In this document: in pieces, positions 28,601 through 39,600 of the stretch
Layout: the number at the start of each line of letters is the position of its first letter
Position numbering within the stretch: the first letter of the stretch is position 1
From: a virus
Virus record (IMG/VR): IMGVR_UViG_3300027896_000033
Coordinates: 3,351 to 67,350 of that record
Length of the DNA: 64,000 nucleotides
Strand: one strand, 5' to 3'
Notes under the pieces: generated by a model
Told to the model about the DNA's origin: nothing
The model's input: only the letters and a program-made list of their open reading frames with translations
Database searches by the model: none
Translations under genes and position numbers: made by a program

Positions 28601-28807
28601 TAAACTTCTTTGTGCTGATGGAGTGCTTATTAATACATTTGATAGTGTAATATCTCTACTAGGATAAAGTGAAGTAACATAATAATCACCAATTGTTTGA
28701 TGAATACCTCTTTCTTCAATTAAAGGTACAATATGATCACTAGACGAAGCTCCAGGAGTAGCTGATGCTGCTGAAGACATTCTTTTGAATCTACTATAAA
28801 AACTCAT
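25634..28807 (-). CDS. 1057-aa protein with long Pro/Thr linker and C-terminal amidoligase domain
   Basis: TFGAEFE, EGSL, EYVT, GIHINVG, VLEMRH motifs of the Amidoligase_2 family; central PTPTTAPVTPAPAATTP tract. Confidence 0.75.
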   Translation of the reverse strand: MSFYSRFKRMSSAASATPGASSSDHIVPLIEERGIHQTIGDYYVTSLYPSRDITLSNVLISTPSAQRSLARAASVLSGVPTHGLQGTRYGAEEHAYHVVTKITPGSNSGLATHALNTATLHSLMFPEHSDMKLVGNTAIEKHNSLKGLLLQNSIGKGYLENITAINDKIKPFVKNATPGHEGEAPFQDNAEKGMAYLSSFTGLMSMYGTNHGYDFGFIRETIQGVHNSYTVSSLERKITPSIGTLKDTFGIARSDQGIYQLAMRTYNSAMDNQYANIHSSQGTGNTPRPGDINSFGFSNNNVDQYLNHLTATNPGLSAIVSGAYDNTIFNTSTPRLTPVSSTNPVSPTPTTAPVTPAPAATTPSVQTTPPETHQAASTTSTSEPNWNSVDDDGEIFNAQQAGVEVNPNSSIAGTRSTGAAPFDPLRILTTPGSNVQDALNNNTAHTTSSITENPPTPHITDVSAMLESIGSGRYGTTVVNAYNNTDTTPAPTRTSTYTNPGMIEVMPDSTFKTFEQRYSTGGGSVTPATPGNLTATSRTIEALGAMRERLDASAGLADDRKFYQNIGHGSVPANEYRIMDVDHNNMTPETKKMLSFGGALVGKNADGTYKWMVDDMVQHQINKTAPPTSVVQRGRTVSLSPISDGGENASYTSHNYPTNSFNVADSPTPEMDLNPEHMQLMNTSLSMREALGNGYVIPVAQNKAIFAPSFTNLNHTFGAEFETPGVFKSATEIASHIKDKYGYDINKMGFEGSLHKDDEPSLHGDGTEYVTAKMQGIRGVKALYHIGEALRDLGGRAEGGNYGATRGPNDPPGIHINVGAVPESGRQDVLKFGADYFRLFENVIKSTTSSPERYGYTLQGSTSDYLYGAAIQPESLSSGARTHAANSGQCWSQNMSQERIVGAEHNNGVETNMYSFYRENGSFWGDLSNLSNQSGHIETSGLQKLAKYTTGGLHKVQTHGVLEMRHAQYIPGGAHPVAQLAFATKIMSDLVQGASSGDTGNVALTDTLIPPTNGWNERTKGTFNEILGSCLGIKDATSQNFAFDYYRRCKHRDTYDY

Positions 28808-28821
28808 ACTTCACCTTTTAT

Positions 28822-28861
28822 CTTAAAACATCATATAACGCATATTATATGATGTTTTAAG
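28822..28861. repeat. Perfect 17-bp inverted repeat containing TAAAACAT in both arms
   Basis: cttaaaacatcatataa-cgcata-ttatatgatgttttaag. Confidence 0.9.
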
Positions 28862-28903
28862 GCACATAAAAGATATAAACAAAAATGAAGTATTATAATG
28901 CTT

Positions 28904-29731
28904 TTATTGTACTAAATCAGTAAATTCATTTAATAAACGTTTTCGATAACCTAATATATTATTAATAGTATGTGTACTGAATGTTTTCGCTTCAATTTGT
29001 TCCGCTAATGCGATGAGTAAAGCAGATACCGGTGCTGATAATCCTTTACTTGTTAATTTTGTCATTTTTCGTTTATCTGCATTTTTGCTAAAGATATTAG
29101 CAGGGTTTTCAAATTCAATCTCGACTATTTTTTTAATAACTGCATAATCGGAATGCCTCATTAGTAATTCGTAAATAAAAGCACCTAATTTTGACAATCC
29201 AGGATGTTTAGCATTAGTATGTGTTCCTAAATCATCAAACATTTTTTTATCTTTTTCATTAATATCAAGTAGTAATGATTGAGGTGCTTTAATTTGCCAG
29301 GTAGAAGGAATACTGATTTTACAAACTGTCATTTTACTATTCCAAGAACTTGCAAAAACACGCCCTACTCTTTCTAATTCTATTATAATGTTTTCATTAA
29401 ATAGATGTTTTCTTATCTCAGTTCGATCTTCATTAATTAATGCTACATTCGCATGTAGAGTGTCTTTGAGTGCAGGAGCACTCAAAATTGAGTTAGGCAT
29501 GACTGTGTCAGTACTATGATGAGTAAATTTTATTTTTTCTTTTATATACGCAACTACTTCTTCTTCTGGTCTGGATAGAGTCTCTTCTGACAAAGGAATA
29601 CCAATTCTAATAAAATTACTCCTGATTTTCATAAAATCAGCAAGTTCAGCTGGGACAAGTTTATAAATATTTTTATAATAATGTTTCATTTTCGAAACTA
29701 TCGCATTAATATCTGCTTCTGTATATGTCAT
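28904..29731 (-). CDS. Hypothetical protein
   Basis: 275-aa ORF; sigma70-like TTGTAC-N17-TATTTA at 29817-29789. Confidence 0.75.
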   Translation of the reverse strand: MTYTEADINAIVSKMKHYYKNIYKLVPAELADFMKIRSNFIRIGIPLSEETLSRPEEEVVAYIKEKIKFTHHSTDTVMPNSILSAPALKDTLHANVALINEDRTEIRKHLFNENIIIELERVGRVFASSWNSKMTVCKISIPSTWQIKAPQSLLLDINEKDKKMFDDLGTHTNAKHPGLSKLGAFIYELLMRHSDYAVIKKIVEIEFENPANIFSKNADKRKMTKLTSKGLSAPVSALLIALAEQIEAKTFSTHTINNILGYRKRLLNEFTDLVQ

Positions 29732-29835
29732 ATGGAGTTCCTTTTAAAAGTTAACTATTTTAGTACTGATTTTCGTATATAAATTATATAAATAGCACAC
29801 AAATTAAGAATGTACAATATGTAAAATGTATTAAA

Positions 29836-29874
29836 ATAAAAAAGTGGTATATATCGTTAGACATATACCACTTT
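29836..29874 (-). terminator. Intrinsic terminator
   Basis: aaagtggtatat...atataccacttt stem followed by a U-rich tract on the minus strand. Confidence 0.8.
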
Positions 29875-29883
29875 AATTCTAAA

Positions 29884-30014
29884 ATCGGATGCAATTGACA
29901 ACCAACACGGGTTATCTTTTTGGGCGTTCTGCCTTTTTACCTTTAGTTCAACCGTAACGTATCACTCTAGGTACATCGCCCCTTCTGCGTTGTTTTTCAA
30001 CTGGTATATCCGAT
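29884..30014 (-). ncRNA. Candidate ~130-nt rod-shaped structured RNA
   Basis: GC-richer intergenic block with nested helices AUCGGAU/AUCCGAU, CAGUUGA/UCAAUUG, CAACGC/GUGUUG, GGGCG/CGCCC, UACCU/AGGUA; G-U pairs only on the minus strand. Confidence 0.65.
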
Positions 30015-30042
30015 CTAATTTTTACACAATAAATAAACATAA

Positions 30043-30585
30043 TTACTGAGCAATTACAAATTGGATAGTACAAGTAATTGCAGCAGCACCACCGGCGGTA
30101 GCTAATTTCAATCCTTTAACAGGAGTTGATTGTAAATCATTAGTTGAGAAAGTTAATGATCCTAGTACATTTGAAACTAAAACTGGAATTTCTTTATTTA
30201 CACTAGCATTATTAGCTACATATATTAATTCAACTTCCTTAATCCATGTATCTGCTGAAACTGCTTGAGAAGCAATAGTTGATGATGCTTCAGAGATATA
30301 CGTATTTTCAGTTTCATACCAATCAAGTTTACCTGCAACTGATGAGGTACAGAATGTTGTATTGTCAGTTTTAAAAATTTTAAATTTAAAACCAGTCAAA
30401 GCACCACCACCATCAACACCAGTTACATTGCCAGCTAATAGATCAAAAAACAATGCAGCGTAGAAATTTGAATCGATATTTGACAACGTAGTATTAGTAC
30501 TGTCAAGTTTAAATTTAACATCGAAATTGTTTGTAGCTTGAGTAATTCTGATAAAACCGTTTACTTGAAGTCCTGATAATTGCAT
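30043..30585 (-). CDS. Putative virion structural protein
   Basis: 180 aa, beta-rich, GAGGT RBS, own TAAAACAT box at 30647-30654. Confidence 0.65.
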   Translation of the reverse strand: MQLSGLQVNGFIRITQATNNFDVKFKLDSTNTTLSNIDSNFYAALFFDLLAGNVTGVDGGGALTGFKFKIFKTDNTTFCTSSVAGKLDWYETENTYISEASSTIASQAVSADTWIKEVELIYVANNASVNKEIPVLVSNVLGSLTFSTNDLQSTPVKGLKLATAGGAAAITCTIQFVIAQ

Positions 30586-30646
30586 AGTATTACCTCTTAA
30601 ATAAGTTTTTGTGTTTTAGAAAATTTAATTTAACCTTATATTACTT

Positions 30647-30654
30647 ATGTTTTA
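30647..30654 (-). promoter_or_regulatory. Putative late promoter box TAAAACAT
   Basis: Exact motif in the short intergenic gap. Confidence 0.7.
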
Positions 30655-30662
30655 CATATAAT

Positions 30663-33600
30663 TTAATTTCTATAATTAAGTAACCTTCCAAAACCATAAC
30701 AACCATTTTTAATTAAATCCGAACATGGGAACTTTTTCCAACTTTCTAAAAATATAGCATCGTGATTTAAATCAGCATTACTTGCAATTAATGCTGTGAT
30801 AGCTGATACATTAGCTGCATGTACATTTGAAGTAGTGGTATCAATAAAGTACCAATCACTTCGAATATTAGCAACTAGTAATTCCAAATCAGCAAGTCTT
30901 AATTGTACTGGTTCAAGAGGTGCATATGCTCTACCTCTAATCCATTTCACTATCACTTTATTTGTGTCAATACCTGTACTTGCAGTAATTCCAAGACTTC
31001 CTGTACTTGGAGTAGCTACATTAATGCCTGTGACTGTATCAGACATTGCATATGGATCACTAAGTAATGTTCTTCTGTATGAGACATTTCCATTTGCAGG
31101 ACAGAATGACAAAATAGTATCAGTTCTATGCGTATCAATATACCTCATAGAATGTCCATTTTTTATTGTTCTTTGTATCCTAATATTAGCTAAACTATTA
31201 AATTGAGCTTGTTTAATACGGAATACGACCCCAGTATCTGCATCATCAGTAGTTACTGTTAATTTTTTCCTATTAGTAAATGTGAATGTGTCAACTACCC
31301 ATGATCCTGACTCTTCAGCACCCCAAATGTATGAAATTGCTGATTTACTTCTCTCCCATGCAGCTACCCAATTACATACTGTATTTATAGCTGTCCCTGA
31401 ATCGGTTGAGTAGTGAGGAGATGTACCGATACGAATGTTACCTGTAATTCTTGATAATGCGAAAGGATTACGTGCATTAGCCCAGCCGTTACCCCAATTT
31501 GGAGGGTATACACCGTTAGCTGAATCAACTCTTCCTGATGTTCCATAAACTGTTAATATAGTACGCTTATCATTATCAAATTCATGATTGTGCATTACCA
31601 TAGTAAAAGGAGTTGCTGGAGTATTAGTATATATATTACCTAATTCTAAATTAGTAGTCTCCCCGTATTTAAAACCGACAGGGTATACATCAGTTGCTTG
31701 CCAGTATATATCACCATAAAAATCAACACTGTTATTCCAAATACCTAAAATTGAATTTTGAACTACAGTAGACTGAACACTACCTCTTGTCATAAGAGAA
31801 TATTGACCAGTTAGTAGATAATGTGATCTTAAATGTGCAGGAGTACTAACAGCAGTATATTGATTAGCTGCTATCAGGTAACCTGTTCCTGCATGTGTAC
31901 CTACTTTCCATTTTGATACGTCTAAAGTACCTGATGCAAAATCATCATAAAAATTAAAAACATTCGCACCATTACTTAAAGCTGTTGAACTACTTGTATA
32001 ATATACATATAGTGTATTATCACCTTTTGAAAGATCGGTTTTAATAAATGCATTCTCAGTATCAGAAGCTGTCATCCAATAAGGAATCAATTCAGTACTT
32101 CCTGATGCAATTCCTACTATATTTTGTTTCTTAGTACCCAATCCAATAGATAATGCAGTATTTTCACTGAATGCTTCTAATGCAGTGGTACTTGTTATAC
32201 GTAATGTAGTATTATTTGAAAAATTAGTCCTATCAAACTTAATAACACAATTAGTATCAGTACTGGTCGAGGTAAATTTCACTTTAGTTCTATTTGTGAA
32301 TACGAATCCATCTATTGTCCATGAACCTGTCTCCATTGCTGAGTATACTGGTGGCCAATTGACTGATTTTGGAGCTTTATATACCGCTGCAAAAGTAAAG
32401 TTCATTGCATTAGTAACATCATTATTAAGACCTACATATTGAGACCAAGAACCGCCCAAATTTACAAAAGCTTCGCTTCCACCGCCATGACGTTGTAATC
32501 TACCAAAATCATTTTCACATGTGTAATATTTTCCATTGCTTGTACCTGTTAATAAATTTTCAGCAGATACAAGATTATCTTGATGTACAGTCAGTACATA
32601 GGTACTAGCTGTAGCAGTGGGTTTCCCACATCCTATACCATTGTTTGAATCGAACAATTCTCCTACATAACGCATGGTAGAATTTATACCAACAGCTAAA
32701 CCACTATAAGCATGGTCGCTTGTTGATAAAGAAACTAAAATGGATGAATAATCGGTTACAGTTGCACTTACTCGTACAATTGCACCGTAAGAATATTTTG
32801 GAGATATACAATTCAAACATTGAATTCGAGCCTGTGTGCTAGTAACTGCCATATTTCCAGAAGTTATTGTCATTTTTCCAGAATTGTATTTAACCCATCC
32901 TGGAATAGATGTAACACTAAAATCTTGATATACATTAAATATAGTGTTTGTACTCGCATTAGTAGCTGTGCCACTAGTGTAATAAACATAAAAATAGTTA
33001 TCACCTGTATGCAAATCAGTTTTAACAAAAGTATATTTAGTATCTACAGTTTCATTAAAATGTGGTAACGGTGCGGTATAACTAATATTTGTTAATGCAC
33101 CAAAAGCTACCTCTAGATTTGAAGTATCGTTTGCACTATATTTAATTTCATATTGATTTGTATTTGCTAAATTTGATACATTAGAAATAACACTTGTTGA
33201 TTCTTGTCCAGTTAATTGTAATGCATTATTAACTACATTGATTGATAGATTATGACACATCGCTGAAACTCGCTCAGTCGAAGCTTGTCCAGGAGGGGTG
33301 ACACTCGTATCAGTTGCTGACATTGATGTGCCGTCTAATTTACTGTATGTAAGATTAGCTACATCAAGAGTATTAAATCCTTCGTAAAATGAAAATACAT
33401 CTGAAATTACAAACGAATTTGTAGTATTTGTCAATATCAAGACAATTGTTGCATTTGCCCCTATATATGGAATATTAATCCATAAACCTTTTCCATTAAA
33501 GTCGCCTAGATTATTTGAGACATGCCCATCAGTATCCTTTTCATATAATGTAGGAATAGATGTTAAACTCACTGTTTTTGCTACTATACCAGAAGTAAAA

Positions 33601-36600
33601 CTAGTAAAAGTATAGTCGCTTACATCAATTCTTATTGAGTACTGAGAAAGAGAAGATGCATTTGGGTTATATATCTTAACCTCTGAAGCTGAAACATTAC
33701 TTACTAAATCAGTTTTAGTCGCACTCATTAAACTTGAGATTTTATTTACATAACACCAATCAGGTCTAGTATAATGAGAAGCATTAGAAAATTCAATTTC
33801 TACTGACATACCTTTAAAAACACACAACATATTAGTATTAGTACTATAAATAATAAATCCTAATTGTAATGTGTATATAGTACTGTTAAAAACACTAAGA
33901 AGAGAATTAAATCCTTCATATGTAAAACAATTTGATCTATAGTTATTTAATAATATGTTAATATTATTAACAGTTAATGCATTCACCATTGAAGTAATAT
34001 CAAGTGGCGTACCGTACACTATATGTTGTCCATATATGGTTGATATAGACGTATTTGTATTTGTTACTTTAATAATAGGGACATATGTAAATGCACCTGA
34101 TCCGTATTCATTAGTATAATTCTGTATGGAGAACTTTCCTAATCTAGTGATATCATGCACAAGTAAATTTGTACTATCAAATACAATATTTATTCTTGTA
34201 TTTGATTTAGCAATTACTTTACTATCAACATAAATAGCATCGTTTATTGTTACCCCAGTTTTATATGTTTGTGTACCACTAGTGCTCAATGATACTTGAA
34301 TAGGTGCAGTTGTATTACCAACCTGTCCAGGTGTACCAAATACATCCCATGCAGTACAATTAAAGTGTGTATTTATATAAAGTTCATCTAGATTATAGTT
34401 ATTGAAATAAGGGTATTGTGTAAAACACATACCCGTCCATCCACTATTTGAAGTGATACTAGCATCAGGATATACATGTTTTTGATAATTATTAACTATA
34501 AATGTTAAATATTTTATGTTATCCATAAAATATGACATAGTATCGGTTTTAATATTATTGTAGATATCTTTGTAAGCAGTTAATTGATGTCTCTCTACTC
34601 CAGTTAAAGCACCAATTGCTATTTGACGAGATCCAAACATAGGTGCTTCAATTACAATAGTATTAGTTTGAGATCCTGTATATACTGTTCCTTTAGTTAG
34701 TACATCAGATGCTGCATATGTATCATTAACATACCCAATAGTATAAGGGAATACAAGGTTGTTAGTATTTAAAATACTAATTAATTCTGCATTTTTAGTG
34801 AATGCACATTTATAAGCAGAATGAGATTTCAACATGAATCTATTGCTTAACAATACCTCGTATGAAAGAGCAGCAGCACTATTACTTAACAAGTGAGTAC
34901 CTGCAGAATTCACATAAGGTTGTACTAAATATGTATATGCACTTGGTACATATGTAACAATATCTATATTAGCAGTATTTGTTATAGCTGTATTACTTAT
35001 TTTAAATACTGAAGTGTCCCCAGGATTTATTGATTTGTTTGTTGTATACAAAAATTGAGTAGGATTTGTAGACATGTCAGTAATATCTATCAAATTACTA
35101 TTAAGAACAGTGTATTCTGAATTTGAAACAATAGAAACTTTTGGTCCTGAATTTGTGTCTACATATGAAGGTGTTAACAACCCAGGTTCTGTATAATATA
35201 AATCGAGAGCTGAGGTTGTGAATAATGAATTGATCTTTTGATATTGAATTAATCCGGTTACAGAACTATTACCAGATCTTGCAGAACTATCAAAATGATG
35301 ATCCATCATAATGTTTACTAAAAATCCAAGATATGCTAAATTAGCATTTATAGGACTTGCAACGTAATGTGCAGTAGTTATTTTATTATTAGTACTCAGT
35401 ACCCCTGATGATGTTGGGTAGGCTGTAAATTGAGCTGTGTACTTTTGTGTAGTTCTATTATTCGAATCAAAACATGCACAGACAAGAGAAGATGAAACAT
35501 TTTGTTGAGCTTCAATTAGTAAAGAAGTATTTGCTGCCTTCACTTCTACAATAGTATTACTAAGTAACTTTGAATAGTTTACATTTAAACCTGTTAAACT
35601 TCCCTGATTATACGTACAATGATCTTCATCAATCAAAGTGTAATATTGCGGTGTCGACGATGACGATATTATTTGAGCTGCATTATATGCATTTATAAAT
35701 ATAGATGAAGAACCTACTGATTTTGGAGTACCAGAAGTTACTATTTGTACTGATGCTACATTAGAGTCTGGGATTTCAATCGTATCTTTAAACTTATATC
35801 CAAGACTTTTGTATTTAGCATTTGTTAAATACCCATAAATATTACCGGTAGTCATAACACTATAAGCTCTATGAGGTTTCATTCCTACTAATGAATGTGC
35901 TAAAGATCTAGAACCCTTATCAAAGCAGCAACTAAGCCCCATGTATAAACCGCTCATCCCCCCATCTAGGAAATAAGAACCTCTTGTTCGTATAGGAAGT
36001 TCTATATAGCTTACTCTAGTATTATTATTTGTAATACCAGTAATAGTAGATGCTTTAAGATATAAAATATTACTAAACCCAATATCGGTTAACTGTCTAT
36101 TAAAAGGGTCTGATTGGAAAAATGTCACATCACTTCCATCATTACTATTAATTACATTAATATTTTGATCAAATGCTATAGGTAATTCAATAGGAATTAA
36201 AGCTGTAGGTTTATATTGTATTCCTATAGTATCAAGGTTACTTGAACCCCAAGGATATGCGGGAGGAATGAACTCTTCTAACCATAAAGCACCTTTAGTT
36301 ACATGAATTTCAGCAAGGTATCCAATAAAACCAGTAGTAGAATCTCCAAAACGTAAACCAGCACCAGTTTCTAATGACATTTTTACTGAAGCTTCGCATG
36401 TTCCATTTATGTAGATATTTAGAAACCCTTCGCTCATAACTAATGCGACATGGTACCAGGTATATGTAGTTAAAGGATGCAGCCCAGTATCAGTGCAAGC
36501 CACACTCCCGGCATTGCCTTGTACTGTAGTTCCATGTACTGCATCATCTCCATAATGGAATAAAAGTTGTGCTGTCCCAGCACCATACCCTGTGTATAAT

Positions 36601-39600
36601 TCTAACCACCACCCACACTGATAGCTAACTTGATATCCCATGGAAAGGTTGTAGCTTGTTACTAGAGTTTGAGAGGCAGCAAGATTAGTAGGGAACATCC
36701 AAAAATCAATAGTTTTGTCACTTCCTGAAATAAGATTTCCAGATCCAAGAGAGTTCGCTATTTGTATGTAAGAAGTATTATTGGGTATAAAGAAACTCCC
36801 CAATCCTAACATAGTATGAGCATAAGTAGTGTATATACTTGAACTAGATGTTGTGATAGTCACACCATTGGGCAAAGAGGCACTATTTGTGATAGTCAAA
36901 GCACCTTCAGTACCATTTGCATGAAGTAGCACTAATGTATTAATACCATTGTTATCTGTATAATTTGTTGGGAATATACTTCGTATGTCTACATTATAAG
37001 GTAACCAATTTGATCTATTTTTAGCTTGTACATACGCATACACAATCACAGTCGTATTAACAGGGTACAACTGTGATAGTACTGTTCTATTTAAGACAAG
37101 TTCCCAAGAATATCGAGGGCTATTTAATGTTAATTTTTGTTGTTGTGCATGATCAGGATTAAGACTCCAAGGAATTACATGTATCCCATCAGTTACATAA
37201 ACTGATTGTACATTAGTCAATAACTGAATAGAACTCCTGGTAATTACTTTTGGTATATGGATTGCTGGATATTGTGAAGTGCTAGAATTCCATGATACAG
37301 TAAATGTTAATACATGAGTATAGTCAGAATTACCTTCAACCTGTACAGTACTTAAAGGTAATTGTACATCATAAGGAATTGCTTCTCCTGTGTTTACATA
37401 AAGTTCATTTGTTTTAGTGATATCAGTATCTGAAGGGTCAATTAATGCATCAGATCCAACACATCTAGCAAGAATACTATCATCAAATCTACTTTTAGGA
37501 ATATTTGCTGTATTTACTAAATTCCATGTTTCTAATGAATCCATAATAAGAGTATTTTTTGAACAGAAAGGAAAACTAAAATACTCATTTGTTGCAAAAA
37601 TTGAGGTAGGATCAATACTGAGATGAAGTACATCTATATTCTCTGATGTTTGAAGAACAGTTTCAAATTCATAAGTTGCACCACCCCATACAACTGTTGG
37701 AGTTCCTTCTACATAAGTACACAAGTTCTCAGGCAATTGATATGTATAATTACCACCACCTTGTTGTCTAAATACCCTTAGTTTTAAATCATCTAATCTT
37801 CGTGTAGTACTTTTGTATACACATGGAGCAGCATTATTGTAAGATAGAGTTCTTGCACCAACATTGATTGTAATTGCAGGATTACAAGCTGATGTATAAA
37901 TTGATTCGTAATATGCAGGATTTACATGAAATGTATTACTACGTAGTATATCAGCTTGTGCTCCTGGTACATAATTCTGACCACTCCCATATCCAGTAGT
38001 CCCTATATTAACTCTGTAAAAAGCTAGTCCAAAATGAACATAGTTACTTGAAGTTACATAATAAGGAATACAGTTATATCGAGCAAGTGCGTAACCGGCA
38101 TCAGGCCAACTTAAAAGACTATATACCCATCCTATATTATTTTTAGATACTATACCAGCTAATGAAGCAGCTTGTGCTTGTGTTACAGAAATATTATATT
38201 GATATTTAACCGATGACATTGCTACTGATAATGAAGTATTCTGAATAGTTGTTATGGAATGTGCATCAGATGCATTACTTAAAGCAGCAGTTAGATTTGT
38301 ATCGACTCCATTTACATTTACACAAGCAGGAGATACCCACCCAGATGTTATTGTGCTTGAATTTAATGACATCATTCCTCCATAAGGAATGATGTATGAA
38401 TACATATTTGTACACAAGATTAATTTATCTGGTACCGCAGGGAATATATAATTATATTGATTCCATGTATAAGTACTTACAGGTTCATTTATCCTAAGTA
38501 CCATGACTCCAGAACCAGAAGAAGGCAATCCTGTTAAAGTAAACGTATATTTAAGCCATCCTCCACCATACCCATCATATGTGCCTACTGTGGTAGGCAA
38601 TGCGGAGGTAAATAATGTTCCATTAATATACGCGGATAATGCTTTTTTATCAATTACTTGCCAATACGCACCTCCTAAAGGGCAGTTTACATACACTGTT
38701 AATGTGGGTGCTGCATCCCAATACATTATTTGTACATGTTGCCAACAGCTATTAGCATACCCATCAGGACCTACGCTAAGTACATCTGATGTTAATGGAG
38801 GAGCTGAATTATGATACAGAAGTACATTTATATGTCCATCAGGAGTGTTCCATGGAGGTCCAGGAACGCCACCTCCATCAGTAGTACCCCATGCTAATGA
38901 AGTAAATGTTAGATAAGGCTCGATTAAAGTTGTGAAAGAAGGATATTTTACTTGAAAAGGGTAAATTGATGTATCAGTATCATTTGTACATGTTATTGTG
39001 CATGGAGAAGTATATCTTTCTACTGTTAATGGATCAAGAGATTGACCAGACCACCCTCTAACTAATCCACCGTTACTCATTGCGTAGGTAGTTGTTTGAT
39101 CTAATAAATAAGATACATTAGAATTTACTTGTATTTGTACTGTATCAGTATAACTAGCTGTATTTATATATGTATTTACTAATGAGGGAATTATGAATCG
39201 TGAAACAACTGCACCCCCAGGACTTCCTGATGAAAGACACTTGTAGAAAATTTCAGCTGTGTAATTATTGTATATACTATATGAAGAGAAATTAGTATTT
39301 GTTACCGTAATAATAAGATTAGAAATAAAAGAAGTGTCGTTTATATTTGATCCTGGATATACACTTGTTTTGATAAATAATCTTGACAACTTATAAGATC
39401 TAAGATTATCTGAAATATTTTCTCGTAGTCCTGAAAATATCTTATTAACATTTTGAGTACTATTAACTGTTGTGCTTGCTAGTACAACAGGAGTAGCAAC
39501 ATCATATGTTATTTTGTAATTTCCTATAGCTGTACTTCCAGGAAGAATTACAATTGGGTTACTCGACATGTCAAAAACTGTATACACTAATGATGCATCA

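Noticed and set aside
29884-30014. tRNA, SRP RNA or small peptide interpretation of the GC-rich island
   Set aside because: No cloverleaf or TTC-GA T-loop, no SRP GGAA/AGCAG motif; the only ORF is a 22-codon plus-strand frame without an RBS
30663-33200. Diversity-generating retroelement targeting the tail protein
   Set aside because: No reverse transcriptase and no near-identical TR/VR pair differing only at adenines was seen
30796-38814. Several plus-strand ORFs inside the 3097-aa gene, and similar antisense ORFs elsewhere in the track
   Set aside because: Antisense shadows caused by codon bias; no RBS or recognisable motifs
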